Shown here one piece after another: positions 1 to 11,539 of a stretch of 33,000 bases of DNA (its first letter is position 1; each line of letters begins with the position of its first letter). Position numbers and translations under genes: made by a program. The notes beneath the pieces are model-generated. The model was not told where the DNA came from, searched no databases, and saw only the letters and a list, made by a program, of their open reading frames with translations. This DNA is from Octopus bimaculoides (taxonomy: Eukaryota). The stretch is from contig NC_068984.1 in assembly GCF_001194135.2 (NCBI RefSeq), positions 31,405,119-31,438,118 of the forward strand, given 5' to 3'.

Positions 1-41
1 TAGTTTGTATTCTTTCACACTTTCATCTCAGTTGCTGTTGT

Positions 42-260
42 TGTTGTTGCTGTTAGCTTTAGATCAACCCTGATTAGACCAAAGTTATGATAAAAAACAA
101 TCCTGTTATGATCATCCCATATTATAAGGATTACATCAACTCCTGTGTCTTACCTTATTTAACATGACATGGTGACTTAAGAGAATTGGCACTTATTGCT
201 AACAGTTGAAACGCATAAAGCTCTCTTTCTGTAAGACTTCATTCCAGCCCTACTTGGAAG
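42..260. mobile_element. Unclassified interspersed repeat (in-window family D), degraded copy
   Basis: Starts with (GTT)n-TAGC and shares diverged blocks (GGA[C/T]TACAT...TGTGTC) with copies at 5119-5395, 5461-5610 and 9211-9430. Confidence 0.4.
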
Positions 261-1637
261 TAATAAAATATACAAACTGCTATTGCTAGTATATCTAATA
301 TTTGGATCCAATAAAAGTAATAACTATGGTTATAAACTGGTTGAAATTGAATGTCTTTTCTATTGATTCTTAACTATTATGAATATATATGTAACATTCT
401 AATTTCTTCCTTAGACTTAATGACAGTTTTATAACAAGGAGGAATAAAGCCAATAAAATAGACACTAGTACATTGACGATTATTTCATTGAACCTATTGG
501 GATGTAACTCAAGGTTTTTCATATTGGTATGAATGTAAGACTCAGTAAACACTGTATGATACTACAGTGTGTCCTACCAACTTTTTACTATTCAATAATG
601 TTAGATATACATCACCAAATGAGATGTAGCTCTTCCTGTGATGTCATTTGTGAAGATGATACAGAATTACACACAAAGAAACATCTGTGATGAATACCAC
701 TAATTCAAAAGCTCCATGCACTTAAACTTTGGTTGAACATGTTTTAATTGTATATGATCAGAAAATTAAAATAAGACAAGAGTTACTTTCATATATGTAT
801 ACTGTGATGTTTTAACAACTGAGCCATGACTCAATTTTATTATGACAATATCAAGACCAATTTCCCATTTTGTGAAGATATCAACCAAAAGAAAAATCAT
901 GAAATACAGGGAGAAGGAATACAATCCATTGATTTTCATTAATGATAGTTCAATTAGTGACTCCACAAATTTTACATATTAATTTAAAAGATCCTGTAAA
1001 ACCTATTTATATTGACCTCATAGACATGAATAATTCCAATCTATTCAAAATTTATTCTGCGTTAACACCAAACTATGAAATAACTAAAATACTACTGACA
1101 CCAAATAAAATAACACCAAACTAAAATGCTACTGCCAGTTCTGATGAATCTTTCTTAAAAGTTTCACTGGACATGAGAAATAACAATCTTTCATACATAA
1201 ATGGATATTTCACGTGACAGTGTATTCTTTTGCCATTTATATTTCAGTGGAAACGAAGCTAGAAGTTATTCCATTGATTTGATAAATTAACAACTGATTG
1301 AGATTACTAGTTAAAACATATATATTACTTTCATTTGTTATTATAGTGGCTGCTGCTGCTGTTGTTGGTGGTGGTGGTGAGAATAGTGATGATGATGGTG
1401 ATGATATGATGATGATGTCAGTGTTGTTGCTGTTGTTTTTAATTTTCTTATATCCTTTCCTGCACAAACTCATATATTTGAAAATTCAATACAAATAAGA
1501 GCAGCACAAGATATTCATTTCTCATGAAAAACATGATCTTAAGCATGACATGTAAAATGATGGTTACTTACTGGAACATATGTCAAGAAGGATGTCCAAT
1601 CTACAGCCACAATATGTATACAATAATGTAATATTAA

Positions 1638-1660
1638 TATATATATATATATATATATAT
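1638..1660. repeat. (TA)n microsatellite
   Basis: Directly visible. Confidence 0.9.
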
Positions 1661-1897
1661 GTAAAATATTATATACATATATTTTATTGTGAATACCTAT
1701 TTACTGACAGAGAATTAAGTCTGAATTCAGCTAAATTGAGTGGTCCCCACTGAAGAGGCTTCTACACCTGGATATGTCTCCATAAGCAATAAATCTCTTC
1801 TCAGGTGGGCCATGTTGCCCAATTCCTGATTTGAATGACTTTGCCAGGTGATGCTATTAAGTTAAGCCGATACTGGATGAAAACTATCAAAGTAAAT

Positions 1898-1900
<3 letters not shown>

Positions 1901-1928
<28 letters not shown>
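1901..1928. repeat. (TA)n microsatellite
   Basis: Directly visible. Confidence 0.9.
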
Positions 1929-1932
<4 letters not shown>

Positions 1933-1950
1933 ATTTTATTCATATATATA

Positions 1951-1995
1951 TTCTTTTACTTGTTTCAGTCATTTGACTGCAGCCATACTGGAGCA
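1951..1995 (-). mobile_element. 3' tail fragment of tRNA-derived SINE (family A)
   Basis: TTCTTTTACTTGTTTCAGTCATTTGACTGCAGCCATACTGGAGCA is nearly identical to 21998-22040, the tail of the family A copy. Confidence 0.8.
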
Positions 1996-2364
1996 TATGT
2001 ATACATATATGTTACTAGTAAGGACGCAGTTTTTGTTTTGCCACTACCAATATACTACCATAATATACCAAAGGTTTACAAGTCATTATAGTCTTCCTTT
2101 TTGTGTTACATATGTATGTATATGAATAGAGTTCTTATAGAAAGAGAAAAAGAATTGTAACCTCTTGTTCTCATCTAATTTCTGCTCTTGTGAATTGCCA
2201 ATAGTATTGCCTCAAAACTTTTCTGGCTTGGACCGGAATTAAGGCTTAAAATGAAGAACAGATATAGTTAAGTCATGTTTATTTCATTTATATAGGTTTT
2301 GCTTGGCTGTGTCATATGAGATGTAACAATATACCACTGAGAAATGAAATACTGTTTTATATTT

Positions 2365-2714
2365 TACAGACAGTAAAAGAGTAAAAAACCCCTTCGGTTT
2401 TGGATGACAAAGGGATTGCACCTGGAAAGTTACCCTCTGAGGAACAGGTCTGGGCAAAATTGTTTATAGAAGACCAACAGTCGGCCATGCATGTCAGCCT
2501 CCCCACACCACCAATATTATCCAAGGGAAAGGCAAAGGCCAATACAGCTTTGTACCAGTAACGTCGCAACTCATTTCTACAGCTGAGTGAACTGGGGCAA
2601 TGTGAAATAAGTGTCATGCTCAAGAACACAATACATAGCCCAATCTTGGAATTGAACTCGCTATCTCATGAGTGTGAGACTGACACTCTAATGACTGAGC
2701 CATGCACCTTCACA
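2365..2714 (-). mobile_element. tRNA-derived SINE with CORE-like central domain
   Basis: Minus strand shows A-box-like TGGCTCAGTCATT and B-box GAGTTCAATTCC, then TGTGTTCTTGAGCATGACACTT...CCAGTTCACTCAGCTGTAGAAATGAGT, which resembles the CORE domain. Family assignment is from recall. Confidence 0.7.
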
Positions 2715-3148
2715 GAAAGTAATATGCATTGATAGAACATAATGTTTTATATTCGACAATTGATGAATCCAGAACAGCTTTTAGGGAAAGAAGCATCAAA
2801 ATCTATAATGTAAAGAAATCTTGGACCCTATTAGAAATATGTCAGAATGTATGCAAACTTAATTCAAATAATTGTGATGTTGAGTTGAGTTGGTATAGTC
2901 TTCTACTGTGTTCACTTCACAGAATTAACTAGCAAAACAATTAAGGCATCATAAGTTAATGTATTGTAGTGGAGATTCAAAACCTAACTGCTGGATACTT
3001 GGACTGATACCACGAGTGAACCACTACAGTTTCACGTGATTGATCCATAAGTTGACCAGTCTGTGTAAGGCTGTGGTTTACTTCAATGTTCTAAAATTTG
3101 ACATTTTGTCCATTATAAAAACTGTTTTTAATGCTAAACTAATTGCAG

Positions 3149-3292
3149 AGTGTAGAAGGTGGCTAATTATTTCATTCACCTCATCTCTTACCATGGAGAT
3201 GGTTCTGGACATCTGTGCAGACAACTCCTGGTTCTCAGACAGACTGAAAGGAACAGTTACACAATGTCTCATATGTGACTTCTATGGATATG
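3149..3292 (+). CDS. Candidate internal exon (144 bp, phase 1-1), product unknown
   Basis: Acceptor ctaaactaattgcag, donor ATG|GTGAGT. Only one frame is open: CRRWLIISFTSSLTMEMVLDICADNSWFSDRLKGTVTQCLICDFYGY. No homology recognised. Confidence 0.25.
3192..3243 (-). CDS. Candidate internal exon (52 bp), antisense to the previous candidate
   Basis: Acceptor ctgttcctttcag, donor ATG|GTAAGA. Two frames are open (LSENQELSAQMSRTISM or CLRTRSCLHRCPEPSP). Confidence 0.25.
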
Positions 3293-5118
3293 GTGAGTTT
3301 TACCTCTCTAACCCATTCAGCAGTTATTAATATTGTTCATTGTAGTTTGACGATGCGAAATATCTTTATGGCCAGTAATAAATATTTCAGTTAAATGTTT
3401 GTGAGTTTACTGAAGCTATTGCTCATACAGCCAGCGAAATACTTCTTTGTTGTTCAGCTCATCACAAGGGACAAGCAACACCAGGCAACAATACTATATC
3501 AGTAAAACAAGGTTTTCTTTTGTTTTCTTAACAAAATGCCAGAGATGCTGGGTTACAATTGTTTTAATTTATCCTAGCGATGTATATTACGGGTTATTTG
3601 GTTCTTCCAAAAGTCAGTGTAGCCTTCATGGAAGTCTATCAGGACTCAGGCTCAGAAATATGAATAGATATCAGTTCTAGATTGAGGATAAAGATGCTTT
3701 TTTTCTTTATATGAGTGTTTTTGGAGAACTTTCCTGCCATCAATAGCTTTAGTGTTTGCTGTCAATTGGTCTCAGATATAAGCATAGCTCAAATGTATAT
3801 ATATTGTATTGGTGCTTAGTTTGTAAATTTATAAAGCTGGTCTCAATTATCCAGAGTGCTTTGGAAAGCTGAGTATTAATGTGAGTCTTAGAAACATACA
3901 TTATTGTTTCAAAAGAAAAAAAATCATGTCTGGAGAACTGGAGAAAAAGTTGTCTAGTATATCAGAAGTTACTATGCAGCTGAATAGAATCTATAACAAA
4001 AATAAGAAGATTATAAACATGTCTTTATCAAATATTGACAAAACATATAAAATGCTCCTGATCTTTATTGACTTATATTGATTCTACATGCAGTATTATT
4101 GTGTGAAAGAAATGATTGTCAGAAAATTCTTTTGCAGAAGTTTTCAGCAACAATTATGCAATTGTTCTTCAAAGGTAATTTGACCTTTGGCAAAATATTT
4201 GAAATAATATATTCAGTTTTACAACAGAAGTGGAATTTTCAAGTCAATACTTTAGAGATATGGAATAGTTATTTTTTTCTTTTTTTCTTAAAAAGAAACA
4301 TCTTAAGCAGAATTGGTATCTTTGTATAAGACTATTTAAAGAGTAGGTAGTGAAAAAGTAGTTATAGATTTGACGAATAATCCTTTGAAACAATGCCAAA
4401 GAATTTCTTGATTGAATTCATTTAAAATCTAGAATTTATGGCCTCAAATGCTTTGCCTATATATTTAGAGTACTGATTATCATAATATAGTCTTCATGGT
4501 ATACTTAATATGAAATTTGTCATACTAATTTTGGTTATTTATTTCTTTAGCTTGTTTTATCTGTTATCACTAAGGCCATTCTGGATCACTGTCTTCAAAG
4601 TTGAATTTTCTCTGTTGCTTGTGTCATGTTAGTTTTATTCAAGGAACCCATTAGCTTTGTTGTGTTTTCCAATTTATGCAGCATCTCTTATTCATAAATT
4701 AATGCAGTTGTGCAAAAAGAAACAAAAGCAACAGAATCAGTCAATATGAATGATGTCCCCAGCAGAAACTCAGGTTGGAGTTCAGCCAGAATCTAAGTTA
4801 AACGACAACCATCAGTGTCATTTAATACCTTTGAGCTGGATCTCAAATAAATTGTCAAATTGATTCTCACAGCCTACTGAAACATATCAGCACTTAATTA
4901 CTTCTTTGAAAGCTGCATCATAGATTATATGAAATAAATGTCCTAATTAAACAATAGATAATGGCATATATTCAATGTCGTTTGTATTAGATTTATCAAT
5001 TCTGCATGCAAATACAGGCAAAAATACACCTGTATGCAAATGTATGCATATGCATGTACACATTCAAACATGCACGTGAACATACAGACATGCAAAAAAT
5101 TGAAATATCTTATGATGA

Positions 5119-5395
5119 TGTTGTTGTTGTTTAGCCCTGCTCACCCCTAATTGAGCAGAATAATGATTAAAGGTGTTCAAGCCATGTCTATCCTGTTTTT
5201 ATTTAAAGTATGATATATCCTCAGTCAAATCGTCCAACCCATGCTAGCATGGAAAGCGGACGTTAAACGATGATGATGATATCCAGGACTACATGTATTT
5301 CTTTCTTTTTAAAATTGGTGTGTTGATATGAGGGTTATTAGGCTATTTTTAGCAGGTCAGGAACCATGTAAAGGCCTCTTCATTTGCTCTTCTTG
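5119..5395. mobile_element. Family D interspersed repeat interrupted by an RTE-tail insertion
   Basis: GTTGTTGTTTAGCCC head and ATCCAGGACTACAT block shared with 9211-9430. Confidence 0.55.
5221..5280 (+). mobile_element. About 60-bp 5'-truncated RTE-type 3' end with (GAT)n tail
   Basis: CGTCCAACCCATGCTAGCATGGAAAGCGGACGTTAAACGATGATGATGAT is the reverse complement of the ends at 26369-26450 and 31068-31115. Flanked by ATATCC direct repeats (5215-5220, 5279-5284). Confidence 0.85.
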
Positions 5396-5460
5396 ACATT
5401 AACACCAGCTCAATCTTGATTGAATATTTATATAATCAAAGGTAATTCTGCCATTACAAT

Positions 5461-5610
5461 TCTGTCTATTTTTCTGATGTAGCTTATCAAGGACTGCATT
5501 ATCCAATGTGTCCTTTCTATTTCAAAAAACGATATGAAAGATATGTGGCTCTCTATTTCTGGCAAGTTGAATGATGACATACAGGCTCCATTATTGGATG
5601 TAAATACCTA
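5461..5610. mobile_element. Family D fragment
   Basis: GGACTGCATTATCCAATGTGTCC matches GGACTACATTATCCAATGTGCC near 9313-9334. Confidence 0.5.
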
Positions 5611-6875
5611 ACAATATCATGGTAGCAATGTTGGATATATTTTTTCTTGATGTAGAGAGACAGGAGCAATTCATTCTGATGAATTTCAGGCTATTCCAGA
5701 TAATTAAATTTGCTAAGACTTACAAGCATGTCGCATAAAGAGAAAGGAAACAAATAAAGTAGGGAATGAAAGCTGTGTCACAGATACGGACTCAATGAAT
5801 TGTTATAAACATTTAATCCCCCTCCTTCTCTCTCAAACACACAGGCATATTCAAGGTATCTTACACGCAGGTTATTATATTCTTAAACAGCTACAGATTT
5901 ATTTAGGAGAATAGTTTGTTGAACACCCTTTATGATGCATATTTGCATTACTAATAAGGGAAAATTTGGCAGTCATTCTAGTGTTGGATAGAATGTCTTG
6001 TTATTTGTTCTAACTGACCATGTTCTGATTTCAACTCCTGTCAAACTCAATCTAACTTTTAACCTTTCACATTTCACTATCAATCCAGGGCAGGAGAATA
6101 ATAAAACTGTTAGAAAGGCAGACCAGATGCATTGCACTATTTGTTCTGAATTTTTACATTTGAAGTTCAAATCCTGTTATGGTCTACTTGCATGGTTCAA
6201 CACCATCACTTGGCATCTTCAGTGTCCATAGCAGACACTACTCTGTTGGAAGCATTTGAAGATATTTTCCTCCATTTCTCCTCATAAGTCATGGAGGCTT
6301 GATAGAGAGTCATGGGCACTACCTCAACTCCAGATTAAAAGAATTTAAAAAATAAAAAATAGAAGGAAAAGGAAAAACAAAGTCAGTCTCAACAAGATTT
6401 GAGCTTAGAATGCACAAACATTCTTGAAAGTAATTTAATTTAGTATGATAGTATTTTTTCTATCCTCTTCTCTCCTTTTTCATTTGTCTCTAAGAATGCA
6501 ACAGCTATGAAGTAGCCATGCTAGATATGAAGAAGTAGATGAGAATTCTCTGATGTGTACTCAGTGTAAACTAATGACTTCTTAATAGATAAAGTTAGAT
6601 CTCAGACAGGCTGACTGAGAAGAAGGGTTTCATATTTAACATTTTCCATCAGAAGCATATATGAAATGAAATCTTTCAACCAGCCAGAAGGCTTGCTGAA
6701 AGTAGTTGATTGCAAAAGAATAATAGTTAGTATAGAGTTTGTTTTTGGAAAAAGAAAGTTCAGGGCACAGATGACAATAAAGGGTTTTGTGTATATTATC
6801 ATGCCAATGAGTGAACCTAAACATTGTCATTTTATCAGCTAGGAATTGCTGTAAAACCATTCTCAAAGCACATAC

Positions 6876-6930
6876 CTCTGGTTTGAATAGGAAGAACACA
6901 ATGGAAAATGTAGTTTGGAGAACACAATAC
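6876..6930 (-). CDS. Candidate internal exon (55 bp)
   Basis: Acceptor tcttgtcttttcacag, donor GAG|GTATGT. The phase-0 frame VLCSPNYIFHCVLPIQTR is compatible with the candidate exon at 8644-8788. Confidence 0.35.
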
Positions 6931-6959
6931 CTGTGAAAAGACAAGATAGTAATTCAGAG

Positions 6960-7455
6960 CTGACCTGAAGCTTTACAAAAGCAAAGAAAGGATTCTTTTT
7001 CTGACTGAAGGGCATATTTTAAAATGCTTGTGTATGAAGTATGATGTTGTGTAGAAACAAGTCATGGGTATTGAATTATGAGGAAGGTATTTAGGCTGGA
7101 AAGAAATGTAGTATGTTCTATTGGGTGTATAATGTCAATGCTCATAAACAAGAGAGTAGAGATGTGCAGTGACAAAACGATAAGTAACAAAAGAATCTGC
7201 TGTTGTATGCCAGTTAGAAGACTGTGTTTGCATGGATATATAATGTATATGAAAGGTAACATTTGGATGAAGAAGTGCTCTTCAATTCTGTTAAGATGGG
7301 CCAGTTGGAGAAGACAACTGAAGGAAAAGTGTTGAAGTCTGATTTCATGATACTGGACATACTGACAAACTGCAACAAGTGGTAGGATGCTGTGATAGAG
7401 AGGACAATCCAACTAATGTAAGCATGATGAAACAGACGTGAAAAGCTGATGATGA
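6960..7455 (+). mobile_element. RTE-clade LINE 3' remnant (post-RT C-terminus plus tail)
   Basis: Degenerate RLERN...ICCCMPVRRLCLHGYIMYM...WMKKC matches the RTE C-terminal RLRWFGHVMRM region. Ends TCCAACTAATGTAAGCATG...GACGTGAAAAGCTGATGATGATG. Confidence 0.8.
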
Positions 7456-7965
7456 TGGTTACATACTTGTAAAGGTATGAGCGTATGAATATACAAACAT
7501 ATTTTTGCTGCTAGTCTGAAAAAGAAGTGGCAAAAAAAAAAAAAAACTATAAATTCATCATATTTTGGTACTTAAAAAAATAACATTACCATTTGAAAAC
7601 TTGTTTTAAGTTCTCTACATGGCAAATAATTATTTCAATTGTTTAGTTTAATCATTTACATATATCTTTATATTTTTAAAAGTTGTTTATTATTATCATT
7701 ATTATTATCATTATTATTATTATTTTCTCTTCATACATTTCTTATTACAGCACAATGCAACCTTAAATTAATTGGTACCTTTATTTTTTTATTATAGAAT
7801 ATTCAAGGAAACCAATTTTGTTTCTGGTTTTCCTTAAAGGTTAAAAATAGATTAGTCTAATGTTAAAAGCAAATAAATATGTCTACAGTAGTTTGATTGG
7901 TGGGAGAGAAGGCGTAAGATAGAATACAATTTGCAAAGTCTTTGGATGAAGGGAAAACATACACA

Positions 7966-8024
7966 CACACAAACACACACACATAATATATATATGTGCA
8001 TATATATGTATATGCGTGTGTGTG

Positions 8025-8059
<35 letters not shown>

Positions 8060-8110
8060 GGATACATGTATGTTTGTATATTTGTATGCATATCTATGTG
8101 TGTGTGTGTA
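7966..8110. repeat. Compound (CA)n/(TA)n/(TG)n microsatellite
   Basis: Directly visible; accounts for the ORFs at 7852-8187. Confidence 0.9.
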
Positions 8111-8429
8111 CAAAGGAGGAAATAAAAACTAAAGACAAAAGGAGAAACCATTTTTTGCTCTTTTTTATTTGCAAATTCTTTTTGTAATCATTATAAAATA
8201 ACGCTCACTTGTAGTCATATTAAGAACAAAAGAAATAAAAAAAAAATACAGGAAAAGAAAGAAAAGTGAAAATACTCATCATTTTCTTTGTAAATTAGAT
8301 TTTCTCAGTGGTATTGGCCATCAAAATTAAATATGTCAATACCAAATTTAGTTGTAGTTTTTTTCGACGTTTGAAAATATATTTTACAATAAACTGTCAT
8401 TCACAAGCAAAATTAACAAGGAGCACCAA

Positions 8430-8625
8430 TGGTAATGATGATGATGATGATTATGATGGTAATGGTGATGATTAAGTCAACAGTTTTGATGATGATTAAA
8501 AACTGTAATGTTGAAGCTGACAATACTAACAACAATAACAACGATGATGATGATAATAGAAATGATAATGATGATGTTGATCTCAGTGATGATGATGATG
8601 TTGATAGTCATGATGATTGTTTTAT
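8430..8625. repeat. Degenerate (GAT)/(AAT)/(AAC) trinucleotide tract
   Basis: Directly visible low-complexity tract. Confidence 0.8.
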
Positions 8626-8643
8626 ATAGTTATAAGTAATTAC

Positions 8644-8788
8644 CGCTTGACAGAATTTTAGCTGTGGTCCATATTCAACACTTCCAGCAACAGTCAACTT
8701 GCCAATGGTGCTGATATAATTGTAATCAAGCCTGATTGATATTGATCGATTGTAATCAATAATTGTTTTTAATTTCCTTAACCTTTTT
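8644..8788 (-). CDS. Candidate internal exon (145 bp, phase 2-0)
   Basis: Acceptor gtttgctctctcttag, donor GCG|GTAATT. Only one frame is open: KRLRKLKTIIDYNRSISIRLDYNYISTIGKLTVAGSVEYGPQLKFCQA. Confidence 0.35.
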
Positions 8789-9006
8789 CTAAGAGAGAGC
8801 AAACTGGAACTTTTTTATTCAAACTCATCAAAAAATTTGTTTTTATCTGTTTATTCTGATCATAGAAAGATAGTATTTTTTTTTTTTTTTTAGTTTGGCA
8901 TAGTCAGTTAAACCAAAGCATTACCTTTTGTTCAGTGGTAATCAACTGAATGCTTCAAGGCAAATCACTAGTCAAACACTTGTATATGTTATGACTTTTG
9001 TCTGAC

Positions 9007-9052
9007 CTGGAATCCGTGACAAACCCTTTGTCATACAGAAACTGGTTATATC
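9007..9052 (-). CDS. Candidate internal exon (46 bp, phase 1-2)
   Basis: Acceptor caacttctcag, donor CAG|GTCAGA. YNQFLYDKGFVTDS joins in frame to 8788. Confidence 0.2.
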
Positions 9053-9210
9053 CTGAGAAGTTGTATTGACTTTTCTCTGCACACTACTATCTAAATGTTT
9101 ATATATGTTCTTTTCCACTCTAGGCACAAGGCCTGAAATGTTTATATATCTTACTACAGACATATCTTTTTGACTTTGAGGGAGATGTCTTTATTTCTTA
9201 TACATACATT

Positions 9211-9430
9211 CACCAAGCTGTTGTTCATGAGCCCCAAATCATCTCTGATAGAGCAGACGAAGGATGAAATGAATTCTATTTGTAAACATACTGTTTTTTT
9301 CAATGATATCTAGGACTACATTATCCAATGTGCCATTTCTTTATGTAAAAGGTTATGGTTTGATTTGAGATAATTTGGTTGCTATTTCCTGAAGATTGAG
9401 TAACCACATAGAAACCCCTTTGTTGGCTTG
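9211..9430. mobile_element. Family D interspersed repeat
   Basis: Similar to 5119-5395 and 5461-5610. Confidence 0.55.
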
Positions 9431-9710
9431 GTTTCCCTTACAGTTGACAGGCCATAATAGCAGACGACAAGTGAAAGTACAAACAATTCTGTGTTGATAT
9501 GTAAGAGAAACTTGAATGCCGAGCTCAAGGAATGTCTTGCTTTCAGTGATGAGGCCACATTTCATATGAATGGCAAAGTCAATAAGAATAATGTTTGCAT
9601 TTGGGGCGAAGAAAATCCCCATGCCACAGTTGAGCATGCGAGGGACTCACCAAAAGTGAATGTTTTCTGTGCCATCTCCAAGAAGCATCTTCATGGCCCG
9701 TTTTTGTGAA
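9430..9710 (+). mobile_element. Tc1/mariner-superfamily transposase fragment (first catalytic Asp region)
   Basis: With one frameshift: FPY..QAIIADDK.KYKQFCVDM / LAFSDEATFHMNGKVNKNNVCIWGEENPHATVEHARDSPKVNVFCAISKKHLHGPF, the typical FSDEATFHL.G.VN..N.RIWG.ENP motif. Confidence 0.9.
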
Positions 9711-10210
9711 ATCCACATACCTTTGAATTTTATGTTGCTCAATATTAAGCCTGTTTAGTTTCATTTGCTTTGAGTATGTAGTTTCTGTGATACTTACATC
9801 TCAAATGATATCAAATGTTTTTGAAACACTCTTCCCTCAGTCGAAAGACACCTGTTGTTATATTCTTGTTTTTGCATTTCTAATTGTGTACCATGTTCTC
9901 TGTTTTTTTGTCTTTGTTGCCGTACACATTCACTAGCTTAGACTTTTTTGGGAGGCAACCAGATCGAACAGTCTCAAGTGTAACTGCCCAAAACTGTAAG
10001 GACATCTGGTAACTTGACTGAAGAAAGAAAGCCACGAATGACCCGTCCTTTTTTTCCCTGTTCTTCTTATTGTTGTTTTTCTTGTCCACTTTGGTAATGT
10101 CTATCTGTCCGAATGTTTTATTGTCCTCTATTGCATTTTTATTCCATTTTTTTTATATTTATACATGCATATGGCAGCATATGCACACATTTGTGCTCAG
10201 CATATAGTAA

Positions 10211-10211
<1 letters not shown>

Positions 10212-10284
<73 letters not shown>
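10212..10284. repeat. (TA)n microsatellite, about 36 units
   Basis: Directly visible. Confidence 0.95.
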
Positions 10285-10295
<11 letters not shown>

Positions 10296-10310
10296 ATGTA
10301 TGTGTGTGTA

Positions 10311-10440
10311 TTTCATCATCATCACCATCAACATGATGTCCATTTTCCATGCTGGCATCATTTGGAGGTTTGACAGAAGCTGACCAAATGAAGAACTGTC
10401 CAGGCTCCATGTTTCTTTTGACATGATTTCCATGGTTGGT
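10311..10440 (-). mobile_element. Degraded RTE-tailed SINE-like repeat (family C)
   Basis: (CAT)n...GTCCATTTTCCATGCTGGCATC...CCAGGCTCCA matches the start of 26369 and 31068. Confidence 0.7.
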
Positions 10441-11477
10441 TGACCTATATATATGTATAAATATCTGCAAGAAAACCACTGTAACAAATATGGCTAGCAC
10501 TAACCATAAATGTCAATTAATGAAATCCAAACAAAATAGTATGATAAACACGTTATTGAAATAAAAACTTATACAAAAACTATTACAAATAAGACAATAA
10601 ACGTAGATATCTCATCATTAACTGCCTAATAGAAATCCTAATGGTTTCAACATCTGAGAAGTACCATTCAATTTGAGGCAGAACCTGACAATATGCACAC
10701 AAAAATACTTCAAATTTAGTAGTTTCAGAATATAATCTGATCAGAGACACCTACTTGCAAATCATCAACATTCAATACCAGCATAAAGGAAACTTAAATT
10801 ACTCTTATTTTTTTATATATTATCTTGCCTAACCAGGTTTTAATCAACCAGTCATTTCCATAGCATATGCTTCATCAGACGTTTAACTTTATCTACAAAT
10901 GAATCAGCACTATACATTATTTTTACCACGTAGCAAAGCCAAGAATATAAAGCTTACAGCTTTAGTAACTAGGTTCAGATCGACACAGGTCTGGTGACAT
11001 ACTCTGAATATCAACCAGTCAGCTTGTAAAAATATCACCCCATGGTATAGAATGTTTCAGTTGTTCCCACATAATTGGGGTTATAAAATCGAAAGCACAT
11101 CAGAATCAGTGCAGAGGCTAGAGAACATTTGAGAAAAGATAAATGGACACGGGATCTTTGGTCCTTGTGTGACCTCTCTTTAAAAGAATTACTCTGTTTT
11201 CAATGCACTTCTCCAAGCACATAGCATGAATACTATATCCTCACCTCTTGCTCCACAAATAGATAGCCAGTCAATTCTTAGTCACAAGCACGTCAGAGGC
11301 ACATATAGGATGCATAGACAACAAGTCCTATACACAGACAGGTTTTCTTGGCTGCAACTCAACCCTGGGTTCAAGAAATCATTGACTATGAAGAACAGTA
11401 TTTTTCTTGCTTCTCACATGAGGCTAATCATGCAATTGTATCTGTTATTAATATAACTATGAACTGCATTTGCTTAC

Positions 11478-11539
11478 AGCACACCACAGGACACTATGGT
11501 CAAGCCATTGTGTATTTATGTAAATATTGTGATATACTA
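11478..11539 (-). CDS. Candidate internal exon (62 bp, phase 1-0)
   Basis: Acceptor catttatttttacag, donor GCT|GTAAGC. Only one frame is open: VYHNIYINTQWLDHSVLWCA. Confidence 0.25.

Noticed and set aside
370-1240. Hydrophobic minus-strand frames suggesting a mitochondrial (ND5-like) insertion
   Set aside because: TAA/TAG stops persist under the invertebrate mitochondrial code and no convincing motif order is present.
3880-4450. Protein-like frames (MSGELEKKLSSISEV.., FAEVFSN) hinting at a LINE RT
   Set aside because: Many stops and no second diagnostic motif.
7852-8187. Five overlapping ORFs rich in CV/TH/YI
   Set aside because: Translations of dinucleotide microsatellites.
10113-10500. 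ORFs with poly-YI
   Set aside because: Produced by (TA)n plus a family C repeat.
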